Notes: generated by a model not told the origin, from the sequence alone. DNA of 61,845 bases, filler included, from Globobulimina sp. (GCA_003354225.1; 16 parts of 16 records of this genome joined end to end with filler, not necessarily neighbours in it); one strand, 5' to 3'. Counted from the whole stretch's first letter, positions 33,007 through 45,221 are shown. Numbers and translations are program-made.

Positions 33007-34653
33007 ATGATGTGCAAAGTAATCAGCAATTCCGTTTTGTGGCTGACGTACATTCAACGCATGTGTCTAAATCTATTCTACGCAATCATTCCATTTTACG
33101 TGTTATCAACACCGCAATTAGGTTGGGGCGCATCTGATTTATCATTCATTTTCATCATATCTAACATTGGTAGCATTGTAGCATCACAAATGTGTCTAAT
33201 GTTAGTTAATGTATTCCCTGAGAAACATTTGCTGTCATTATTCATTTCGCACTTATCGCAGTTAATTGCAGCCGTCGTAGCTTTTGTGATTGTGGGCGAT
33301 ACATTTTTTGCCTTCAATTATTATCTATTTTTATTTGCCTCATTTTTGATTGGCTACACTGGAGATGTGACCATTATTCAGTCATACGTGCTTCAAGTAC
33401 AAAACGCAACCGCTTTAATGACAAACATTGGTCAAGTTATGATTGTCTCCATTATCGTCGACCAATTATTACTTCCAACCATTTACGATAACCTTGGACT
33501 CAACTTTCTTTGTATTGGTGTACTTTGCTTACTTATAGTTAGTTTCATCATATTTTTTATTTTATGGACACGAATTGCAGACACAAGGGAACAAATAAGT
33601 GAACGCGTGAGGCGTCGCAGCTCCACTTCTCAAGTTAAACGACGTCGCTCCAGTTCTCAAGTTAAACGACGTCGCAGCTCCAGTACTCAAGTCATGTATT
33701 CATCAGTTGACATGACATTCTTAGCTGCATCTTTACCTAACCTTGATGCCACAGTTAAAGAATCCTCAGACAGCATAGAAATTGTACGACGGCTGAGTCA
33801 TGTAGAAACTTTAAAGGATTTATTAACAACAGAACCGGAGAACAAGACATCGCAAAAAACTGCTACAGTTAACGAAGTAACAGCAAACGATGCACGCTCC
33901 AGTAGCTCCTCAGAAAGCATAGAAATTGTACGAAGGCTGAGTCATGTAGAAACTTTAACTGATTTGTTAACAACAGGACAGGAGAACAAGACGTCGCAAA
34001 TAACTGCTCCTATGTTGGTTTTGGTTTTATTTGCATTTGTCGTTAATTTCTGTATGGAAATTTATGCAGTGTCATTCCCAATCATATTTGTGAAAGATTT
34101 TCAGATTTCGGCATCAATATCAGGTTATTTAGCATCCGCTGCGTCCGCCATTGCTTTCTGCTCACTGGTAATAAGCAACAAATTATCAATCAAGTATGTA
34201 AGATGGCAGTATCCATACAATATGTCCACTATGATGGTAGCGTATATGTTGGGTTATCTGGCGTATATTATATTTTATGGAAAATGGATTGCGTACTCAT
34301 TTCATTTGTTGCTATACTTTAACTCATTACCGCGGGCAGTCGATACTTTGCAAATGTCATCACGGTTGAAATTATGTTCTGGTAACACTATCTTTCAAAA
34401 GGTAACAGGGATAACAGGCTTAGTTACAAATCTTGCGTATTTAATTGGCTCTGCTATCGGTCCACAGCTGGTTATGTTTTGGACGAGAACTCCGTTTATA
34501 ATATGCTTTGCTTTGCATTGGTTGTTGTTGGGCGTAATTTTCATTGTTTACAATCGAAGGAAAGCATTTTTAACAAAAAATAGTGATGCTGAAACAGTGA
34601 ATGAGAATTATCTGGAAGCTGAACGGAGTGCTGTGCATTTGCCAGTAAAATAG
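33007..34653 (+). CDS. MFS-type multi-pass transporter with a repeat-expanded central loop
   Basis: Two blocks of about six hydrophobic helices separated by a long hydrophilic loop. Confidence 0.75.
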   Translation: MMCKVISNSVLWLTYIQRMCLNLFYAIIPFYVLSTPQLGWGASDLSFIFIISNIGSIVASQMCLMLVNVFPEKHLLSLFISHLSQLIAAVVAFVIVGDTFFAFNYYLFLFASFLIGYTGDVTIIQSYVLQVQNATALMTNIGQVMIVSIIVDQLLLPTIYDNLGLNFLCIGVLCLLIVSFIIFFILWTRIADTREQISERVRRRSSTSQVKRRRSSSQVKRRRSSSTQVMYSSVDMTFLAASLPNLDATVKESSDSIEIVRRLSHVETLKDLLTTEPENKTSQKTATVNEVTANDARSSSSSESIEIVRRLSHVETLTDLLTTGQENKTSQITAPMLVLVLFAFVVNFCMEIYAVSFPIIFVKDFQISASISGYLASAASAIAFCSLVISNKLSIKYVRWQYPYNMSTMMVAYMLGYLAYIIFYGKWIAYSFHLLLYFNSLPRAVDTLQMSSRLKLCSGNTIFQKVTGITGLVTNLAYLIGSAIGPQLVMFWTRTPFIICFALHWLLLGVIFIVYNRRKAFLTKNSDAETVNENYLEAERSAVHLPVK

Positions 34654-34856
34654 TTTTATTGTTTTTGTTTTCAGTGAGGATGTATGACAATTGTCCTCTG
34701 GTGTTTTTAATTTTAATTGTCCTTAATAACCTATTTTATTAGATGAATAATATCACNNNNNNNNNNNNNNNNNNNNNNNNNNNNNNNNNNNNNNNNNNNN
34801 TTAATTAATTAANNNNNNNNNNNNNNNNNNNNNNNNNNNNNNNNNNNNNNNNNNNN

Positions 34857-35546
34857 CCATAATCCAAAGATGGGATTGACGTAATATGGATTCATAATGC
34901 GAGCGAATCTGAGAAACCAAATACTCGCTCCTTTCATAACAATTTTTAAAAAGAGAAAAATTCAAATTGAATATGCTTTAATTGATAATAATGAGAATAA
35001 ACAGGATGAGAATAAACAGGATGAAACTGCAGCAGCAGCAACACCAATGACATGTACACCAGACAGAGTTTGGTATAATGAATTGGAAGAAATATCGGCG
35101 TTTGTTAAGGAACAGAATGACAATAATCACAATCTAGAATGTAAATCATCTGAATGGGATAAGGCAAATCAAGTTAAAAAGGAACTACTCGATAAAGTGA
35201 TGGATGGTATGTGCGATTTTGTTGGTGATCAGACCCGATTTGATTTTCGAATGACTATTTGGGAGCGGGTAGAGGTCACAAAAGAAACAATGAAGACACA
35301 AAATGGTTTACCCAAATTATTGTATGAATAGGTTGTTGAATTTATGAGACAAAAAAATAAAAAACAAATACCTCCAAAAGCAGAATCTGTACAAGATTTT
35401 ATGTCGTATCTCGCATTCTCGCTGCAAATATGATGAATTTAGAAAATTTTCCGGATGACCAAAAACAATCAATGTCTAAAAAAGAATTTGCGCGAAATAT
35501 TGATAATTGGATGACTGCCATGCAACATCATTATAAAAATGCATAA
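34857..35546 (+). pseudogene. Decayed gene fragment
   Basis: Protein-like sequence continues after TAG 35329-35331 (VVEFMRQK...) and again after frameshifts (DDQKQSMSKKEFARNIDNWM). Confidence 0.5.
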
Positions 35547-35732
35547 ACAATATATGTTGTTATCTTTTTATCGAAACTTAATTTGTTTATATGTTTTTTT
35601 TTTGTAATTAATTATTACTTATTTGTTTGCTGATTTTTTTTGTTGATATTACCATCTGTGTTTTTACGTTGCAGATCAAACTGATTGATGTGCTACAAAG
35701 TTTACTTGAGTAATATAAAAATCACATTCAAA

Positions 35733-37376
35733 ATGGCTCAAGCAAGTAATCAATTATCATTAGACGATATTATTGTGAAAGTCACAAATATGGTCTCTTA
35801 TGATTCAAACGCAAATGTATTAGCAAAAAAAGCAGGTTATAACATTAACTACGTCTCCTGGGAAGGTATGTTGCCATCTGTCATATTTTGCATTATCACA
35901 TCCTTGCACGCGAACAACAAACAAAAAACATTTTGCCAAACCATAGATTGTGCTCGTAATAAAAACAGTTGTTGGGGTCCATGCATATCGGATGTGACAT
36001 TACGAGTAAACAACAGTTGCATGCCCGTCATACGCAAACCAAACTATTCTGATCAAACATGGGATATTAAAATGAATACAATCCCCATCGTGGTCGGCAA
36101 TCACACCTCAAATCCAAATGAAAAATTACAAACCATTTCCTTAACGCATTATTTATGCAATTTCAGTGATTATATCAGCAACAATCATTATAAAGACATC
36201 GCCAAAAAACAGATAGATTTAACCTCACAAAAAGAAAGCAAAGACTCGCATGTTATCATGTCCTCACAAACCTGTTTCTTGCCCATCCAATCGGAGCAGC
36301 AAACAAAATTTAATGTGGCTTTATTTAATTACAAATCAGAAATGAAAAACCCTGCTGTTTTACTCATTGTATCCACCGCAAAAGGAACCTCTGCACAGAT
36401 CATTGAAGGGAAAGAGCAGTATCTATTGTTCAATAATAACGGCAAAAAAGCAGATTTCATAGGGGAGCGGGTTTCGGACACACGCAAAAAAAAGGGACAG
36501 CATAACATTTATGATAAACAGTTATCAATGGAGGAGAAAGCAGATAATGTTATTGTTATTGTACAAGTTCCGTTGAAACAGAAAATTAAACAGATACAAA
36601 AACGAAATTGGAGCTTTGGATTGGCTGCGGTCGGTATGGCGGCGCCTCGAATGCAAATGGAAGCGGACTGTAAAAGTGAATCAGTAAACGTAGAAGCAGC
36701 CATTGTGAAAATATCTGAGCGGACTAAACCAGTTTGTATTTGCGATAAAGAGTTGCAAAAATATCAAGTGCAGTATGCGTATGATGGGAGAGGGATAACT
36801 TGCGATGAATGTGGCAAAACTGTCAATGGCAAACAAGAGATTATTTATCATTGCGGCGATGCAAAGAGTTCTAAACATAAAAATGGCTATGATTTGTGTG
36901 TGGAATGCGGTGAGAAACAGTTGGAATTTGATGAGTTGCGAGGAATGATTGAAAGTGATGCAAATTATGTCTTGCAGAGAGATGAGAGGTTTCCTATTCG
37001 CTGCACTCTGCAATATTATAAAGCCACTGATAATGGTGTTGTTAATGAAGAGATTATGAATGATATTGTAACGCAGTTAGAGACATCACAGAAACGGGCC
37101 GATTTTATGGGTTCTTTGGTGACGGAATATAATGCAAATAGACCATCGGAATGGAGTGATGAAAAGGGGCCGATTTTAGAGGATGGATTTAAAGAAATTA
37201 GGAAAGCATTGGAGATTTATTGTGGAAAGGATTGGCGAGTTTATATGCAAAATTTCCAAGATGAAGAAGTGAAAGACAGTGATTTAGTGAATATTCGTAA
37301 CGATGATTTAAAGGAATTGATTGGAAAAATTGGGCCACGGAATAGATTTAAGAAATGGATGGATTCAAGAAAGTAA
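35733..37376 (+). CDS. Uncharacterised 'VSWED-R-SCWGP-ISD' family protein with inserted ZZ-like zinc finger and C-terminal SAM-like domain
   Basis: An in-frame 81-bp GT-AG intron at 35866-35946 restores VSWEDCARNKNSCWGPCISDVTL. Zinc finger CDECGK...YHC...YDLCVEC. SAM-like NFQDEEV...DDLKELIGKIGPRNRF. Confidence 0.7.
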   Translation: MAQASNQLSLDDIIVKVTNMVSYDSNANVLAKKAGYNINYVSWEGMLPSVIFCIITSLHANNKQKTFCQTIDCARNKNSCWGPCISDVTLRVNNSCMPVIRKPNYSDQTWDIKMNTIPIVVGNHTSNPNEKLQTISLTHYLCNFSDYISNNHYKDIAKKQIDLTSQKESKDSHVIMSSQTCFLPIQSEQQTKFNVALFNYKSEMKNPAVLLIVSTAKGTSAQIIEGKEQYLLFNNNGKKADFIGERVSDTRKKKGQHNIYDKQLSMEEKADNVIVIVQVPLKQKIKQIQKRNWSFGLAAVGMAAPRMQMEADCKSESVNVEAAIVKISERTKPVCICDKELQKYQVQYAYDGRGITCDECGKTVNGKQEIIYHCGDAKSSKHKNGYDLCVECGEKQLEFDELRGMIESDANYVLQRDERFPIRCTLQYYKATDNGVVNEEIMNDIVTQLETSQKRADFMGSLVTEYNANRPSEWSDEKGPILEDGFKEIRKALEIYCGKDWRVYMQNFQDEEVKDSDLVNIRNDDLKELIGKIGPRNRFKKWMDSRK

Positions 37377-37579
37377 AGACAGATAAATAAAATAATGCAA
37401 TATTTTGTTGGCACTTTTACCACTTTTTAACGCGTACTTTGATTGATGAATTGATAATTTTTCAATTTTTAGTATTTTTTTTCCCGCTGAACAATTTACC
37501 AACATTTTGAAAATCTTTTTTGTATTATTTCTCATTCTCGCAATTTCGCACTACTGATTTGCAAATCAACAAAAAATTA

Positions 37580-38608
37580 ATGAAACCAATCAGAATTCCG
37601 CTCATTTCCATTCTAATAACATTTGTAATCATTTCCCTGCCATTCACTGCGTCGATAGATGTTGTTCGAATGCTGCGAGCTCGTTCAAACTGGCAAAAGA
37701 GATTTGGAGGAATGGATACATTGACAAACATCATCCAATACATTGGTCCTATGCAATTATTGCACGATGGGGATATCGAGTTATTAAAAAGATTTGTGAT
37801 TAACAAATCAGGAACCAACATCAGCACCGATCACATGCAAATATTGAAATGGTTAATAAATGTGCAATCAACTGATCCTGACTTGTTTTATCAAACAGAT
37901 AAAGCAGAGATTTTAAGTTCTTATGCACATTGGAACGACACATTAAATAAATACATTATAACGGAAAATCTCATTTCATTGATTCATCCATTACAATTAT
38001 TGAGCATTAACTCATCAAATCATTTTCAATTATTTCGCGATAATATCTATGCTGTAGAAACGGAGTTTTATTTTCGTAATGCAAAACTGACTGATTTCCA
38101 ATTAGAATTATGGAATTTTGTTAAAAATGTTCGTTTCCGTCGTAATGAACATTATTTGCAATATTTGGGCGCAAAAGGTCGAATGTTCGCGCATTTAGGG
38201 TGGCAACCGGCAGATCTCACGCGTTATTTGAATCAATCCAAACATTTAGTGATGGTACGCAGCAACGTGCAGTCTAGATTTTCGATGAAGGAAATAAATG
38301 CAACGTTGGAAGGTGTAAATTTCAAGAGATTACCGTCAGAAATAAAAATAGTTACTTTGGAAAGAGATAACAGATCGACTGCTGTGATTCGAAATAATTT
38401 GATTGATTTGTCACAAATTCCATGTGGCCATGACATTCAACTCAAAAAGTTAGTAATCATTGCAACTGAATATGTTGTTAAGTTTGGATTGTGTTTACCA
38501 CCGAATTTGGAAGAATTAGTGCTGCATACAAAGAAAATCGTTTTTGGTGATCCACGAGCTCTCGATGGAAGCATCTGGTCCGGCATTCATAAGATAGATA
38601 GAAACTGA
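37580..38608 (+). CDS. Hypothetical secreted protein with a few LRR-like segments at the C-terminus
   Basis: Signal peptide MKPIRIPLISILITFVIISLPFTAS, then LPSEIKIVTL and LPPNLEELVL. Confidence 0.6.
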   Translation: MKPIRIPLISILITFVIISLPFTASIDVVRMLRARSNWQKRFGGMDTLTNIIQYIGPMQLLHDGDIELLKRFVINKSGTNISTDHMQILKWLINVQSTDPDLFYQTDKAEILSSYAHWNDTLNKYIITENLISLIHPLQLLSINSSNHFQLFRDNIYAVETEFYFRNAKLTDFQLELWNFVKNVRFRRNEHYLQYLGAKGRMFAHLGWQPADLTRYLNQSKHLVMVRSNVQSRFSMKEINATLEGVNFKRLPSEIKIVTLERDNRSTAVIRNNLIDLSQIPCGHDIQLKKLVIIATEYVVKFGLCLPPNLEELVLHTKKIVFGDPRALDGSIWSGIHKIDRN

Positions 38609-38726
38609 GAAATGTAGATATCAGAGNNNNNNNNNNNNNNNNNNNNNNNNNNNNNNNNNNNNNNNNNNNNTTAATTAATTAANNNNNNNNNNNNNNNNNN
38701 NNNNNNNNNNNNNNNNNNNNNNNNNN

Positions 38727-39063
38727 CATCAAGATACCTACCATGTTTTTCATTATCTAGAGTGGTTAAATTCCAATTTTCAAATGATATCACGTTATGC
38801 TGTTTTTTTAATCGTATTTTTTCTTCACATAATACCATCCAATATTTAAGATGTAAATCATTCTTTTTTTTAGAGGTTTCCTTCATATGATAACATTTAA
38901 AACCTAATTCATGCAAACCAGACTGCAATGATGATGTTCCCGTGCGACCGAAACCAGCACCAATGATAATTGGTTTATCTTTGGTTGTACTTTTGATAGT
39001 AATATTGCCTGTTTGGGGATCAGTACGTTTCTCACCAAAAAACTTCATGACCAACGAAAACAT
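38727..39063 (-). CDS. Sulfotransferase-like P-loop protein, 3' truncated
   Basis: IIGAGFGRTGTSSLQSGLHELGFKCYHM. Confidence 0.85.
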
Positions 39064-39193
39064 GATGCTTCACAGCTTAACCAAAAAACCTGAACGATGA
39101 GTTTAATAGATAACAACACCCCTGCAGCTGGTCGAGATGTAGACAAAGAGGGGGTTATTTAACCAGGGGACTCACGTGTTTTTTTGTGCAACC

Positions 39194-41498
39194 ATGGAAT
39201 CTATCATTTCATCACTCCAATCCATTCCAAAACCGTCATTTTTACGTTCCAGCAACAACCAATCATCTAACAGACAAAGGACAGAACAAAAACAACCACC
39301 AAAACCTGACAAAAACGAACAAAAAAAAGCACCTAAAAGTAATACAAAAAATGTATCATGCAATAAGACTGTGAGTAACAATGCATTTGAAAAATTAAGT
39401 ACCATACGATTGCCACCAAAACAACAAAATGAGAATGAATCAGAATACAAAATAGATTTACCAGCAATAAGTTTTACAGATTTCAGCCAATGGGATTTAA
39501 TGCCATATAATGAATTATTTGTTCGTGAACGACTACGTCGCCGCATTGATCAAAACAAAAAAGAATATGCTAAACATGGCATTATTGCAAAATCAGTTCC
39601 ATTAAAATTGGAAATAAAATCCATTGGTGAGATATTAATGTGTGGGGGTACATTGAGGTAGCTTTTCGTCATCAAACTTCCATCAAACAAATGTTTCTCA
39701 TAAACAATTCAATTAAACTTTGCAATTTATCAGAAACATTTGTTTTTTTTTTAAATTAAGTGAATTGAGAATGAGCAGATATAGCAAGAAATTATCGGTG
39801 ATTTTATCGTATTCAGTACAGTCAGCCCGACCAGTAACAAAATTAATATCTGATTTAAATGACAATGAATTATCGCAAATAATAAATAAATATAATAATT
39901 TGCGAAGAACAACACTAATAAATCAACCATGTTTATTATGTGGTATTTATGATTTATATTTTTTACATTTTATGATTGCAATTATCGAGAGATTAAATAT
40001 TAAAACAATTCAATCAAAATTGATGCAATATTTAACGAAATCATTAATTTATTGTGTTATTGGCATAAATGGGGATGTTTTAAATCTAAATCTAACACGA
40101 GATACAACATTGGATTTGTTGAATTACGAAGCAATACACACACTGTTAATGTGTATAAACAATAATTGTCATATTTGTTATCAATGTATCAAAAAATATA
40201 AATTATTTACAAGAAAAATCAATAAATCATCTCATAAATGGTTTACTTCCTTGTTATGTATGCTTGTAAGTCATGGATTTAATTTAGACAAAGTGATAAA
40301 AAATGCATCTTTGAAACATGAAACTGCATTAATGAATATTTACAACTGCGAATGGTTAGATTTGAAACAATTTTTAATTATAAATATGATGTTTCAACCA
40401 TTTAATAACAACAATGGTGTTTTAAGCAGTGATTATTTACGGAAATGGGTGCAATTTTGCGATCATTTATTGATTGAATATAATGAAATGTCAATGAAAA
40501 ATAAAGAAGAATCTAATCGTTTTTCATTAGAAATCAGATTAACTATTTTTGAGTGTTTGTTAAAAACAATAATCGAATCTAAATATTTAAATGAAATGAT
40601 TAATTATTTATATCTGAAAAAAATAGATTTTGTAACAAACAATGATATATTAATTATGTTATTGTTTTGTGGACATTACAGCGGATATCAATATATGGCA
40701 AATAAATTATTAAATACAAATAAAAAAAACATATTTAAAATATTTGAATCATTTGATGTATTATTAAGTATTACCAATATTATCTCATCAAATATCTTAA
40801 ATATTGGCAAAATCATTGCGATTCGATCATGTTTATTTCATTATAAATTTACTAAAAAATATAACATAAAAATTAATGATAAATTAATAAATAAATATAA
40901 GTTTGAATTTATTCAATGCCTAAAAATATTATTTTATGATTATGGTTTATACGAAAATGAAAAAGGGAATAATAATAATAAATATTCTCGAAAGTTACCA
41001 GGAACAGATTATAATAATGCTTATAACAAAAATGAAGTGGCTTATGTTAATATGATATCGCAAGGTTTAAAAACGCAAAAGAAATTTTTAATGGAATGCG
41101 CGTTTTTAGATATTGATATTTTACGCTGTTTAATGGAATTAAAATTATTGGATGAAAGTTTTATTGTTGATAGATTTCGAAATACATTCGATTTTATTAA
41201 ATATGAAATTAATATAAATGTTAAACAAATTTGGTATACGTTACAGCATAATGTCTTTATATATAATAAAAATATTTTTTTATTTCGTAAAATGAAGGAA
41301 AAAGAATTACGACTATTATTTCGAAAAGTAATTCGCAATGTTGTTTCAAAGGAATATAGAAAATGGATAAGTGAATTTATTATGAACGGTGTTACGCAAA
41401 ATATTGACAAAAATATGCAAATTACGAAAAGAGCGCAAATCGAAGATAAGTATAAATTGCCAAACAATGCAATATTTTTAATACATCAGTATGTTTGA
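39194..41498 (+). CDS. Hypothetical protein, 2 exons, with a weak F-box-like motif at the exon junction
   Basis: Intron 39658-39733 joins the two ORFs in frame (GGTLR-NICFFFKLSELRMSRYSKKL). Confidence 0.7.
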
Positions 41499-41608
41499 CA
41501 ATAATTATTATCAGCAAAAATGTTTTTAAATCGGACTTGTGCTCGTTTGCATAGAATCGTGTGTGAATATTAGTGTATACTTACTCTTGAAAGTATAACG
41601 TGTATATA

Positions 41609-41808
41609 TTTAAACGATATATCCCATTGGATAACCCCTTTGTATACCGAAAATTCGATTTGCAAACCCAAGACAAAGTTATAACAAACTGGTATCGAAG
41701 ACAAACCGTTTTTGGATTTGCAAACCGTTTCTCAGATAATTGAAAAAAATGCATACAATGTGGCACCAAAATACAACTGGGGGTTATCTTTTGGAATATA
41801 TCGTTAAA
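41609..41808 (+). mobile_element. MITE-like element of about 200 bp with imperfect TIRs and a possible TAA target-site duplication
   Basis: Left end TAA|ACGATATATCCCATTGGATAACCCC, right end GGGGTTATCTTTTGGAATATATCGT|TAA. It sits between convergent genes and has a homologous copy at 467-660. Confidence 0.75.
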
Positions 41809-41825
41809 TTAAAATGAATGTAGCT

Positions 41826-42496
41826 TTAAGACAAAAGCATCGGCCACGGCGTCGGCAAAGATTGTGACCATCCACATATCCTACAGTTGTTACTTGTGAT
41901 TACAAAACATAATCCATTTGCTGTGGCTTCTACATTTGATGAAATCTCATTTAATTCATTTAAAATCTCAACTGAATCTACTTCATTTCGCAAGGCTTGT
42001 TTTGTTGTATTCATATCATAAATAAACATAAAATCATTTATTTTTGAGGACTCCAACAAATATATTATTCGGCCAATATTTAATATTATACTTTTTAAAT
42101 CAATCTGTGAATTGTTGGCTGCATCAACTCTAATTTTCATTTGTCTCCTTTCAAATTTTTTTGTATGATATAAACCACTCTCAATTCCATCCAATACTGA
42201 TATATAATTTACATCATTTGTCTCAATTTTAAAATATTGTAATAATTTACATTTAAATATTTGCGGAATAACAGTTTTTAATTCTTGGTGATATATCACA
42301 TCATCATCGATGAAAATGTTTGATTCCTCTGGATAATAATGAAAATTTGTTATATTTTGTCCTGTTTTTAATATTTGATTTATCATTTTAATGGATGGAT
42401 CCTTCAATATAACTTGTTGCAATTTGCTAAAATTAATGTTACTAAAATCAGTGGTAGTATACGAATAAGAATACAATAAAAATTGTAAATTATGTC
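41826..42496 (-). CDS. Hypothetical protein, C-terminal fragment
   Basis: Open frame of more than 210 codons reaching close to the contig edge. Confidence 0.6.
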
Positions 42497-42596
42497 NNNN
42501 NNNNNNNNNNNNNNNNNNNNNNNNNNNNNNNNNNNNNNNNTTAATTAATTAANNNNNNNNNNNNNNNNNNNNNNNNNNNNNNNNNNNNNNNNNNNN

Positions 42597-43772
42597 CAAA
42601 CATTGGAAGTAAGATGGGATTTTGAAGGATTAACCGACACTCAAATATGGTTCAAAGAAACATATAAAAAAACATATGATTACAGATGTAAAGGTAGCAT
42701 AAATGCAAGTTTTGTTCCAACACCAAGGCCTACAACACTGTCACCAACTAAATCGCCAACGACAACACCTCCAACAACCAACTCGCCAACGACCAACTCG
42801 CCAACGACCACGCCTTCACCAACTAAACCGCCAACGCCAAGCCCTACAAATTCAACAATAACTGCGAATGTGCGCCGTCAATTCGCAATAAATAATGATA
42901 CATTAATACAATATCAAGTACCATTGCCAATGGGAGATACAATATATTATCCATTCACAATAACAGAAGAATATGAGTATGATTATTTTGAGTATTATGG
43001 TGACAGACAAACTACCAATAACGATACAAAAGGATGTGATGATTTAGAGATTGTGATCGAAACTGGGAGATCATATTTTAGCTTATTAGTATGTGGATTA
43101 TTGTTTGAATGTACTGCATTATTATTATTAATACCGCCAACCTGCCATATCGTAAATGTTAAAACCAGACGTTTATTAAAACATATTGTAATTGGACTAA
43201 ATACTGTCAGTTTTATGTTATTATTAATGGCCTTTGCCATATGGTTTGCATATTTCTCAATAAATATTAATCAAGTAATTGAAGAGCGAGGCAATAGGAA
43301 TTTTAGTGTGTGTCTCTTAGGTGAACCCGTTTTTGGTGATAGTATTGCTTATGTATTGTCCGGGTGGTTATTAATTGGAATTGCTACGATGTCTGCTTGT
43401 TATTTGAGTAATAGACCAAAACAATGGTATAGATTTCTTAGACAGAAAAGAAATTTCAATTTCGGTGTTCCGGTCCCTATCAATATTAATCCACAACGCT
43501 TAACTATAAATGGTACTATTTTAGAGGAAGAATCGCAAACTGACTCCTCCTCTCAAAACGACTCTTCTTCTTTAAATGATTCGAGCAGTCCGGACTTAGC
43601 AGAGGAAAAAGAAAGGGCGAGATTAGGCACTTTACTTTATAGGACACCAAGTAATAATTCATGTGAATCCGGATCAAATGAGACGTATATGACTGCGGAC
43701 ATCGATGGCTCATTTGGAAATGCTATCGTTATGAAAGGAGATATGTATCCTGTTCACTACTCACCAAATTAA
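42597..43772 (+). CDS. Multi-pass membrane protein with Pro/Thr-rich extracellular loop (claudin-like topology), 5' truncated
   Basis: PTTxS repeats, three visible TM helices and a Ser-rich tail. Confidence 0.65.
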   Translation, partial: QTLEVRWDFEGLTDTQIWFKETYKKTYDYRCKGSINASFVPTPRPTTLSPTKSPTTTPPTTNSPTTNSPTTTPSPTKPPTPSPTNSTITANVRRQFAINNDTLIQYQVPLPMGDTIYYPFTITEEYEYDYFEYYGDRQTTNNDTKGCDDLEIVIETGRSYFSLLVCGLLFECTALLLLIPPTCHIVNVKTRRLLKHIVIGLNTVSFMLLLMAFAIWFAYFSININQVIEERGNRNFSVCLLGEPVFGDSIAYVLSGWLLIGIATMSACYLSNRPKQWYRFLRQKRNFNFGVPVPININPQRLTINGTILEEESQTDSSSQNDSSSLNDSSSPDLAEEKERARLGTLLYRTPSNNSCESGSNETYMTADIDGSFGNAIVMKGDMYPVHYSPN

Positions 43773-43794
43773 CAGAACTTTAATTGTCATATTA

Positions 43795-45221
43795 TCAGTT
43801 ATAACCAACATGTTTCTGCAGTGTATGATATTTCTTGATTAATACAATACACTCATTCTTTTTAGCGTCGTCAACCAGTTCGTTATTTACTAGAAAAGGT
43901 AGTTTTTTCTCAAAAAACGCTTTATTCAACTCCTTGTCCACTAGTAATGCCTCCATTTTAGGTAAATCCTCATTTAACATTTCTATTTCTTCAATCCGTT
44001 TTAATGTTTGTTGATTTTTATCACTGTTAATATCATCAACATCTTTATCATCAGTATTGGCTTTCTGTTTCATTTCCTTTTCCCAGTCCTTTACACTTTG
44101 TTTAATTTTATCCTTTGTTTGACGGATTTTTTCCAATCTTAAATTATTTTGGGCTCGCGCTTCTGCGGTTTTTTTGCCTCGTTCCCTTTCTAGTTTTTGT
44201 TGTGCGGTTAAATTTGCTTCCTCCTCTGCTTCCAATTTTTTCTTTAAATCTTGAGTTCCTCCAATACTGCCACTGCTACCTATATATATATTATTTATTA
44301 CAAAGTTATAGAATTTTATAGAAAATTCCACAAACCAGATTCAATATTAATAATTTTTGATAGTTGTAATTGTGAATAATCGCGGCCATAAATATTAATA
44401 TTATCGTCTTTGTCTTTGATAGCTGAAGTGGCGGCACTTCCTTTTGTCGGAACTGGAATATTTGTGCCAGGCTTCCAATTATAGTCAAAATATGATTTAA
44501 CATATGCTGGTTGCGTCCGTATGTCGCTTGGATCATATAACGGTGGGAAATATTGTAATGGTGAAGTAGAAAATTTGTATGATTTCATATTATTCATTCT
44601 CGCGTGCTCCAATGCTTCAATCTGATGTGGTTCTTTATATTTTAACTTGGCCATATTCATGTTATCTATGTCTGTGTCTGTCTCTGTGCTATTATGTAAA
44701 TGATGTAAATTATGATATGTGTTATGTATCGTCGATGATAAATCCTTTTTCCATGTTGGTTCTTTACTTACTTTACAGATAAATGATAATCGCGGAGGAA
44801 GTGCCTCAATGGCTTCTTGTTTACGGTTTGTTGAAATTAATATATTTGACTTCATTTTGTTTATACGTTTTATATTTAATTCTTTATATTGTTGACGTTT
44901 GTTAATGAAATCTAACTGCAATTCACTTGGTAATGAGGTAATATCTAATCGTGCTTTTTTGGTTTTATTCCACCACGACAATATTTCTGAATATTGTTGA
45001 GTTGTTTTATCGGCCTGCAATTGATTTAGAGTTGATTGACTTTTCTCTTTTTGCTTTGCTTTTGCAAAATATCGTCTGTTATGATTAATTGTTATTTTAC
45101 ATATTGTTTTTTTAATATTATTATTCATTTCAGCATACTTGTGGGTAACATATGGTTCATGTAATATTGAGATTGGTAAAGGCAATATGGATTGGAATGA
45201 TTTCGAGAGCGCCATGCTCAC
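43795..45221 (-). CDS. Probable mitochondrial protein, 2 exons, with weak resemblance to mitoribosomal mL40
   Basis: Presequence-like N-terminus (RRYFAKAK) and segment RKQEAIEALPPRL. Intron 44335-44280 joins the two ORFs in frame. Confidence 0.5.
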
